From: Ignavibacteriales bacterium
Lineage (GTDB): Bacteria > Bacteroidota > Ignavibacteria > UBA10030
Assembly: GCA_031406095.1 (NCBI GenBank)
Contig: JANOGR010000137.1
Coordinates: 1-32,000 of the forward strand
DNA length: 32,000 nucleotides
Direction: 5' to 3'
The position numbers and the translations under genes were made by a program. The notes under the pieces were generated by a model. That model ran no database searches. It worked only from the letters and a program-made list of their open reading frames with translations, and was not told where the DNA came from. This document shows, in pieces, positions 1 through 5,997 of the stretch (within the stretch, counting starts at the first letter, position 1; each line of letters starts with the position of its first letter).

Positions 1-1
1 T

Positions 2-1945
2 GCCGTAGATGTCACAAGCCCGTTAAGGCCTCGCGGAAAGCTCAACGCGCCGTGGGAAGTTGCCGATCAGCTCATGGGAATCATGATGCAGGAAGCGAAC
101 AAACGAGCTCTTGAGCAGGCAGATGCGGTCGTGAAACCGGACCTCGGAGCTCATCTGTCTTCTGATTTTACTGACTTGCAGTCCATTATCAGAAAAGGCG
201 AAGAATGTTCGGATTCTGTGATGCAGTCGATCCAGGCAATGTTTTCTTCCAGGCTGAACGACTCCCAGGGCAGCGGGAATATAGAATTCAAGAATCCGAG
301 ATTTGTTGCCACTTCCGACGTGCCGCACCAATTGGCCGAAGTCATATCGGGTACCCGTGTTTCGGAGATTGAGCTGAAGAAATCGCTGGTTCAACTTTAT
401 CAGTCAGGTGATTATGATTCACTCGAAGTGGTCGTCGAACAGAACGATGTTTCTTCAACAATGCAGCTACACTCTGTTCCCTATCCGGTGCTCGAAGGAG
501 TGGAATTCACCGGCAATAGGAGCATTGCTTCGGATACGTTGATGGTGCCATTCCGTCCGCTTATAGGGAGACGCATCAACGCGCATCAGTCGCAGAGCGC
601 ACTCAAAGAGATTACAGGATATTACCGAAGGCAAGGATATTCGCTTGCCCGGATTCAGAAAGTGAATCTGGATCGCTCGACGGGCCGTGCCACAATTGTA
701 ATCGATGAAGGCACGATCTATCGGATGGACATCGTCGGAACAAAGGAAACAAAAGACTATGTCATTTGGCGGGAGGTTCCGCTGAACGACGGCGACATCC
801 TGCAGATTTCCAAAGTGGCAGAAGGGATCCGAAACCTTTACGGAACTGGTTTATTTGAACAAGTGTCGATCGGCATTCGGAAGGAGGGGGACAATAACAT
901 TTTGGTGATCAAAGCGAGAGAACGAAGCACCGACCTCATCAGGTTCGGCCTGGTGATCGACAGTGAGCGAAACGCCCAGCCTTACATCGATGTCCGTAAT
1001 GAAAACCTGTTTGGCATCGGCGCGGAAATCGGCCTCAGGTTTTTCGGAGGATCGCGCAACCGCAGCCTCATCGGTGAGTTCAAAGCGATAAGGATTTTCG
1101 ACACGTACCTCACGGCCAGCGTAAAGGGTTATTCGACCTTGCGTGATGTGAACGTATTTGAATTCGAACCCCAAACAGTCGCCGACCCGCTCCACTGGGA
1201 CCGTGTCAAGGTGGGCGAATACCGGGAAGTCAAGGATGGAGCATCGCTGAGCTTCGGGACGCAGCTCGAAAGACTCGGGAGTGTCACGGTCGAAGGGAGG
1301 ATTGAGAATCACCGGGTGTACAATATCTTCGAGCAGCGGGTTTCAAACCAGAGCTATAAGATCTCCTCAATCAGGTTCGGAACCCGGCTTGACACTCAGA
1401 ACAGGTTTCCCTATCCGTCCGATGGAATCCTTGTCAACTTTTCTTACGAAACAGCCCTCATCAATGTGGGTAACGCAATCGGCTTTACAAAGATGTCGTT
1501 TGAGTATTCGAAATACCAGCAACTCTTCCCCCGGCATGTTATAAGGCCGAGATTCGTCCTGGGCGTAGCAGATGAAACTCTTCCCGTTTCCGAGCATTTC
1601 AGCATCGGAGGACAACACAGCTTTTTCGGCATCCGGGAGGATAACGCAAGAGGGCGTCAGCTTATTGTCGGAAGTCTCGAATACATCTACGAGAGCCCGT
1701 TTAAACTTTTCTTTAATACCTATCTGAAAGCACGGTATGACCTGGGGGCGATCTGGTCTACACCTGAACAAATCCGCATTGTGGATTTTATGCATGGCAT
1801 CGGAGTGGGGGTTGCCTTCGACACGCCGATCGGTCCTGCCGAGTTTTCCCTTGGCCGGGCTTTTTTTTTCAGAAAGGAAATACTGGATAACCCGCTCAGC
1901 TTGGGCCCCTTCATTGCCTACTTCAGTATCGGCTATTCGTTTTGA
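2..1945 (+). CDS. Omp85/BamA-family outer-membrane beta-barrel with a POTRA-like segment. It is 5'-partial and is probably the translocator half of a patatin-like (PlpD / type Vd-like) protein.
   Basis: The frame is open from nt 2 to the ATG at 74, so the gene most likely starts left of the window. There is a POTRA-like stretch (ITGYYRRQGYSLARIQKV..ATIVIDEGTIYRMDIVG) followed by a long region of alternating beta-strand pattern. The C-terminus ends in an aromatic beta-signal, FSIGYSF-stop. The patatin N-terminus is inferred from the usual architecture only. Confidence 0.7.
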   Translation, partial: AVDVTSPLRPRGKLNAPWEVADQLMGIMMQEANKRALEQADAVVKPDLGAHLSSDFTDLQSIIRKGEECSDSVMQSIQAMFSSRLNDSQGSGNIEFKNPRFVATSDVPHQLAEVISGTRVSEIELKKSLVQLYQSGDYDSLEVVVEQNDVSSTMQLHSVPYPVLEGVEFTGNRSIASDTLMVPFRPLIGRRINAHQSQSALKEITGYYRRQGYSLARIQKVNLDRSTGRATIVIDEGTIYRMDIVGTKETKDYVIWREVPLNDGDILQISKVAEGIRNLYGTGLFEQVSIGIRKEGDNNILVIKARERSTDLIRFGLVIDSERNAQPYIDVRNENLFGIGAEIGLRFFGGSRNRSLIGEFKAIRIFDTYLTASVKGYSTLRDVNVFEFEPQTVADPLHWDRVKVGEYREVKDGASLSFGTQLERLGSVTVEGRIENHRVYNIFEQRVSNQSYKISSIRFGTRLDTQNRFPYPSDGILVNFSYETALINVGNAIGFTKMSFEYSKYQQLFPRHVIRPRFVLGVADETLPVSEHFSIGGQHSFFGIREDNARGRQLIVGSLEYIYESPFKLFFNTYLKARYDLGAIWSTPEQIRIVDFMHGIGVGVAFDTPIGPAEFSLGRAFFFRKEILDNPLSLGPFIAYFSIGYSF

Positions 1946-1986
1946 ATCGTGCAACGAAACCCCGCTAAACTCGTATTCTCTAGAGC

Positions 1987-4518
1987 ATGAAAAACCCGTT
2001 TGAACGGATGTCCGCCCGGTCAATTCGTATTATTTATACAGCTCTGACGCTCGTTGTGCTCGGAGTTACGAGTCTCAGTTTTGTCGACGTCATGTTTACC
2101 AAGACTCTCGGCAACGACCAGTGCGCGTGGAGAAACCTGGACGGAACGGGTTCGCGCTTGCTCATTACGGACGTCGTGCCCGGCGGCGTGACAGAACTTG
2201 CCGGGATCAGAGACGGCGATATTCTTCTTGAACTTGGGGGTACCCCGTTTGCCAGCATCGGAGAAGCTCAGCAACGCATCAACAAAGTCCGTCCCGGCGA
2301 ATCCATCCAGTATCTCGTCCAGCGTGGAGAATCGAAATTCGAGACGAAGGTGGAAATCCTTCGTGTTGTGAACACGCCATATCTTGCGCAGTTTCTTCTG
2401 GGTTTGGGTTTTCTCATTGTGGGATACATTGTGGTTCTTAGCCGTCCCCAGGGAAGGACTCAGCGAAGATTTGGCCGTTACAGTCTTGTGATGATGCTCT
2501 TTTTCGGGCTTTCGGTCTTGAACCTAAATCCTGATGTCAATCCGATGTGGAAGTTGGCACTCCTTGGCAGTAGCTTTATCATTGCGCATTTCCTTGCTCC
2601 CTCGGTGTTCCTACGGTTCTTTTTTCACTTCCCCGTTCATTTGCCAAACCTCGACCGAAGGTGGGTTGGCGTTTGCCTGTACGTCATCGGAGCGTTCGTT
2701 TCTTTGCCTTTTCTTCCATTCTTCCAACTCGGCCAAATGCCCATTCCTGTTATAGCTTCCATATTTGGGACGCCCTATGTTTTCTATTTCGGAGGGCTTG
2801 GGCTTTTCTGCTACAGTTATTTCAGGAGAATTCCAAAAGAGCGGCGGGCAGAACTGCGGCCCATCCTCATCGGCATTGCGATCGGGTCGGCTGCATTCAC
2901 ATACAGTCTGATCGTGTCGGCATCAAACCCGTTCATCATTTTTCTGAACCCTGTTATGCTTTTACCTGGGGCACTCATACCAGTGGTTCCTATATTCTTC
3001 GGCTACGCCATTTTCCGTTATCGGCTGATGGACATCGACCTTGTCATTCGCAGAAGCCTGTTCTACTCCATGGTCACGGCAAGTGTGGCAGCATTGTATA
3101 TTCTCATCGTTTACGTTGTCGGCAACTTCATTGCATACGCGTTCGGGACAGAAGAAAACCGGCTCGTCAGCGTGCTGGCCCTCGTGGTGATTGCGTTTAC
3201 CTTCGAACCGATCAAGCAGCGGATCCAGGACTGGATCGACCGCTTTTTCTACAGGGAACGCTACAACTATCAAAAAGCTCTCCTTGAGCTAAGCCAGGAG
3301 TTGCCGAGGCAGATGAATCTCGAAGAAATCCTCAATTCGATGGTTTCACGGATTTCCCTCACGATGCATATCGACAAAGTCGCCGTCGTTCTCTGCGACG
3401 AAACCATCGGCTGCGTGACAATGAATATCGACAAGGATTGCTGCGAGTTTCGTGAAGAACCCACGGGGCTTCTTTCGGTCCTGCGTCGAACGAGGAAACC
3501 TCAATCGTTTGCGCTCCTGTCTCAAGAGCCTGATTCCGTTGCATTAAGCCCAGTCGACAAAGAAAAACTGGTGAAGAGCGGAGTTGTTCTGTCTGTTCCG
3601 ATGTTTCTGAAAGACCGTCTCATCGGCATGATCAATGTTGGGCCGAAATTATCCGGGAAGGTGTATTCCCAGGAAGATGTAGACTTGCTTTCAACTGTCG
3701 CAGGGCAGGCGGCCATCGCCATCGAGAATGCTCGACTGCACTATTCTGAGATTGAAAAGGAACGGTTTAAAGAAGAGCTTTCCCTCGCTCGCAAAATCCA
3801 GCAGGGATTATTGCCGAAAGAAAACCCCTTGATTCCGGGGCTGGATATTGCCGGGATCTCGATTCCCGCAACGACGGTCGGAGGAGACTATTTTGATTTC
3901 ATCCAGCTTGGCCCGCAGAAGATCCTCGTGGTTGTGGCAGATGTTTCGGGGAAAGGCATGTCTGCCGCACTCTACATGTCGAAGGTACAGGGCATGGTGC
4001 AGCTTGCCGCACACATGTATGACTCACCGAAAGAAATGCTCATCAACGTGAACCGTCGAATTTTCGATGGCATCGAGCGCAAGTCCTTCATCACCATGAT
4101 TCTGGCTTTGTTCGACCTCGAGAAAAAGAGCGTGCGCATTTGCCGGGCAGGACACAACAAAGCTCTTATATCAAGCAACGGACAGCTGCAGTATCTCGAT
4201 GCGCCGGGCATTGGTCTCGGACTGGAGCGTGGGCCGGTCTTCGAAGGCGAGCTGCGGGAAGTTGTTCGGCCGTTGACGCCCGACGGCCTGTTCTTGTTCT
4301 ACACCGACGGGCTTACGGAAGCGATGAACGGACAGGGAGTCCAGTTTGGGGAGGAGTCTGTGTCGCAGCTTGTGAAAGACAAGAGAGGATTGTCCGCTCC
4401 GGCTTTACAGCGCACCATCCTCACAGCCGTCGAAGAGTTCCGCGGCGAGGCAGAACAGCATGACGACCTGACGATGGTGGTGGTAAAAGGGATCCCGAAA
4501 TCCGAACACACAGGCTGA
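1987..4518 (+). CDS. Membrane sensor phosphatase with an N-terminal PDZ domain, a polytopic TM core, a GAF domain and a C-terminal PP2C/SpoIIE (RsbU-like) serine phosphatase domain
   Basis: A PDZ-like segment (VVPGGVTELAGIRDGDILLELGG) follows an N-terminal TM helix. About 250 aa of hydrophobic helices come next, then a GAF-like region (LSVPMFLKDRLIGMINVG...AAIAIENARL). PP2C motifs are present: GGDYFDF, VADVSGKGMSAALYMS, FYTDGLTEA and DDLTMVVVK. Confidence 0.85.
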   Translation: MKNPFERMSARSIRIIYTALTLVVLGVTSLSFVDVMFTKTLGNDQCAWRNLDGTGSRLLITDVVPGGVTELAGIRDGDILLELGGTPFASIGEAQQRINKVRPGESIQYLVQRGESKFETKVEILRVVNTPYLAQFLLGLGFLIVGYIVVLSRPQGRTQRRFGRYSLVMMLFFGLSVLNLNPDVNPMWKLALLGSSFIIAHFLAPSVFLRFFFHFPVHLPNLDRRWVGVCLYVIGAFVSLPFLPFFQLGQMPIPVIASIFGTPYVFYFGGLGLFCYSYFRRIPKERRAELRPILIGIAIGSAAFTYSLIVSASNPFIIFLNPVMLLPGALIPVVPIFFGYAIFRYRLMDIDLVIRRSLFYSMVTASVAALYILIVYVVGNFIAYAFGTEENRLVSVLALVVIAFTFEPIKQRIQDWIDRFFYRERYNYQKALLELSQELPRQMNLEEILNSMVSRISLTMHIDKVAVVLCDETIGCVTMNIDKDCCEFREEPTGLLSVLRRTRKPQSFALLSQEPDSVALSPVDKEKLVKSGVVLSVPMFLKDRLIGMINVGPKLSGKVYSQEDVDLLSTVAGQAAIAIENARLHYSEIEKERFKEELSLARKIQQGLLPKENPLIPGLDIAGISIPATTVGGDYFDFIQLGPQKILVVVADVSGKGMSAALYMSKVQGMVQLAAHMYDSPKEMLINVNRRIFDGIERKSFITMILALFDLEKKSVRICRAGHNKALISSNGQLQYLDAPGIGLGLERGPVFEGELREVVRPLTPDGLFLFYTDGLTEAMNGQGVQFGEESVSQLVKDKRGLSAPALQRTILTAVEEFRGEAEQHDDLTMVVVKGIPKSEHTG

Positions 4519-4594
4519 CCCTCCTTTTGCTTCTCGGCAAAAGTTTCTATATTCACTTCTATCCAAAACGACCACATTTGAACGTCGTCAAGCC

Positions 4595-4861
4595 ATGACA
4601 ACAAAACCGCCACCGTCTGTATCTGAATTCGCTGCAGAATCCGTTGAGAAGCTGGCATACAGCGTTGTCGCGGACATTGCCACGCGAGAGCCCAACGACC
4701 GCAACCGGCTCGGGTATCACGTTTGGGCATGGTTGAAGGAACGGAGCGGAACACTCGAACAGGCTGTAAAGAATTCCGGATCTCGCACCGAACAGCCACT
4801 CGACGCCGTGTACGAAATCATCGCAAAGCGCCTGCAGGAAAAAGGCGTATCAGGGTGTTGA
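4595..4861 (+). CDS. Hypothetical small protein (88 aa)
   Basis: This is the only sizeable ORF in the gap, and it is in the same orientation as the upstream gene. It has no recognisable motif and no clear SD sequence. Confidence 0.3.
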   Translation: MTTKPPPSVSEFAAESVEKLAYSVVADIATREPNDRNRLGYHVWAWLKERSGTLEQAVKNSGSRTEQPLDAVYEIIAKRLQEKGVSGC

Positions 4862-4888
4862 AAAAGACATGCACTAAACTTTTTGCTT

Positions 4889-4960
4889 GTCATTCCCGCC
4901 CGCCTTCCGCTGCGATGGCTCGCGCAGGGGCGGGCAGGCACGTCTTAAGCGGGAATCCAG
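4889..4960 (+). repeat. REP-like palindromic element (gtcattcccgc ... gcgggaatccag) with a nested GC-rich inner stem
   Basis: The outer 8-bp stem pairs attcccgc (4892-4899) with gcgggaat (4949-4956). An inner gcccgcc/ggcgggc pairing is also present. The spurious ORFs crossing this region are a product of the element itself. Confidence 0.7.
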
Positions 4961-5015
4961 AACGAGTTTCATTTTGGCATCTTGTTTTCGTCACGAGAGA
5001 CAATACGGTTCGAGT

Positions 5016-5070
5016 TCTGGACTCCCGCCTGCCTGTCCGGTAGGCAGGCTTACAATCCGCGGGAGTGACA
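5016..5070 (-). repeat. Second copy of the same REP-like family, in inverted orientation
   Basis: actcccgc (5021-5028) pairs with gcgggagt (5059-5066), and there is an inner ctgcct/aggcag hairpin. The reverse complement reads tgtcactcccgc...gggagtccagaac, which matches tgtcattcccgc...gggaatccagaac of the first copy. Confidence 0.65.
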
Positions 5071-5121
5071 GTCTCATTTTCTGTTGTCATAGTGCCTGAT
5101 TCTGAGAAATTATGCGTGTTA

Positions 5122-5145
5122 GCGTCAGGAGGAAACTCCTGACGC
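5122..5145. repeat. Simple member of the 'gtcagga' palindrome family: a 10-bp stem with a GAAA loop
   Basis: The sequence gcgtcaggag-gaaa-ctcctgacgc forms perfect pairing. Confidence 0.75.
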
Positions 5146-5194
5146 CGCCGCAGAACCAGTTTTTCAACAGCCTGTTAAAGAACGCCTTGACACG

Positions 5195-5230
5195 AAAAAC
5201 CCGTCACAGGAATACTGGGACGGGTTTTTT
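5195..5230 (-). terminator. Bidirectional intrinsic terminator downstream of csp
   Basis: The sequence aaaaacccgtc-acaggaatactgg-gacgggttttt has an A-run on one side and a T-run on the other. It lies 13 nt past the csp stop codon. Confidence 0.8.
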
Positions 5231-5242
5231 ATTACCTACCGC

Positions 5243-5443
5243 TTAGACTTTGGCGACTTTGACCGCCTGTAAACCTTTGGGGCCCTGCTCAACTTCGAAT
5301 TCGACCTTGTCGCCTTCGTTGAGCGTTTTGTAACCTTCGCCGTTGATCGATTTATAATGGACGAATACGTCTTCACCGGTGCTGCGCTTGATGAATCCGT
5401 ACCCCTTCGCATTATTAAACCACTTCACTGTACCTTGTTCCAT
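5243..5443 (-). CDS. csp: Cold-shock protein, CspA family (66 aa)
   Basis: [20 protein letters not shown]...DVFVHYKSI carries the RNP1 (KGYGFI) and RNP2 (VFVH) motifs. The length is typical for the family. Confidence 0.95.
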   Translation of the reverse strand: MEQGTVKWFNNAKGYGFIKRSTGEDVFVHYKSINGEGYKTLNEGDKVEFEVEQGPKGLQAVKVAKV

Positions 5444-5726
5444 AAGGGTACTTCTTCCTTATTGGTTGAACATGAACACCATTTGTTTCACAAAAACAAA
5501 AGGCGCAATCCCGCGAAGCGGGACACCTTCTCCCGAAGGGATCCCTTCGGGAATTGTTCAGCTTGACCGCTTGCGCGGTCTTGGCACAATCTTTCCGCAA
5601 CGGTTCGAAGCCCCACAGCCGAGCCCATCCGAAGACGGGCCTGCACGCCGAAGGGCGGCGTTTCGGCCCGCAGGCGGGCAAAAGCAAAACAAATTGTGAT
5701 GAAACAAGAACGGTGCTGTGAATTGA
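5444..5726 (-). promoter_or_regulatory. Long (~280 nt) GC-rich structured 5' leader of csp. It contains a terminator-like hairpin with a U-tract (5492-5527) and a 22-nt perfect palindrome (5531-5552).
   Basis: This is the span between the predicted -10 box and the ATG. Multiple perfect hairpins are visible. On the minus strand the sequence ggtgtcccgc-ttc-gcgggattgcgcc is followed directly by ttttgttttt. Confidence 0.5.
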
Positions 5727-5732
5727 CGTGAA

Positions 5733-5761
5733 AGTATACAATTCGCAGCCGACAAATGCAA
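5733..5761 (-). promoter_or_regulatory. Sigma70-type promoter, putatively for csp
   Basis: The minus strand reads TTGCAT, then 17 nt, then TATACT. Confidence 0.5.
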
Positions 5762-5807
5762 GCCCGCCTGAATTGAGTAATGTCTTAATTTGTTTGGTCC
5801 GTAAGTG

Positions 5808-5890
5808 GTGTCAGGAGCCCGCCCCCGCCAGACCGCTCGGCGGGCTGGCGAACGACTGGTCGTTCAGTCGGGCGGGTTTCCTCCTGACAC
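5808..5890. repeat. Complex member of the 'gtcagga' palindrome family: an outer 10-bp stem enclosing a second stem and two inner hairpins
   Basis: gtgtcaggag (5808-5817) pairs with ctcctgacac (5881-5890). cccgccc (5818-5824) pairs with gggcggg (5870-5876). The inner hairpins are cccgcc/ggcggg and gaacgac/gtcgttc. Confidence 0.75.
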
Positions 5891-5901
5891 AGGCAGGGTT
5901 T

Positions 5902-5949
5902 CGGTCAGGACGTCCGCCAAAAACACGGCGGATAAAAAAGTCCTGACCG
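5902..5949. repeat. Member of the 'gtcagga' palindrome family with an inner tccgcc/ggcgga hairpin
   Basis: cggtcaggac (5902-5911) pairs with gtcctgaccg (5940-5949). The inner pairing is tccgcc (5913-5918) with ggcgga (5927-5932). Confidence 0.75.
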
Positions 5950-5997
5950 CACCAACTTAAGACACCACCCTGAATTGTTCCAGATTCGCAATGATGG

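Noticed and set aside
1367-2023. A 218-aa antisense ORF, and the other long shadow ORFs opposite confident genes (for example 9626..10435, 13483..14025, 18134..18664, 18426..19043, 23090..23704, 24340..24921, 26222..26857, 28553..29110).
   Set aside because: Each lies entirely antisense to, or out of frame with, a gene carrying clear family motifs. Their composition is typical of shadow frames, and they have no domains.
4717-5099. Four overlapping ORFs of 66-106 aa on both strands (4717..4941, 4723..5043, 4887..5099, 4890..5090).
   Set aside because: They cross the REP-like palindromes, which read open on both strands. They are Arg/Pro/Ala-rich, have no start context and are mutually exclusive.
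5071-5195. A possible plus-strand small RNA ending at the bidirectional terminator (5195-5230), or an SRP/6S-like ncRNA.
   Set aside because: I could not find an acceptable promoter. The best candidate was TTGTCA-17-AAATTA. I also found no conserved SRP, 6S, tmRNA or RNase P motifs. The terminator is sufficiently explained by csp.
5357-5946. ORFs of 67-108 aa in the csp leader and palindrome region (5357..5566, 5379..5699, 5415..5741, 5558..5761, 5728..5946).
   Set aside because: They are GC-rich hairpin DNA translated by chance. They overlap one another, csp and the predicted promoter, and have no motifs.
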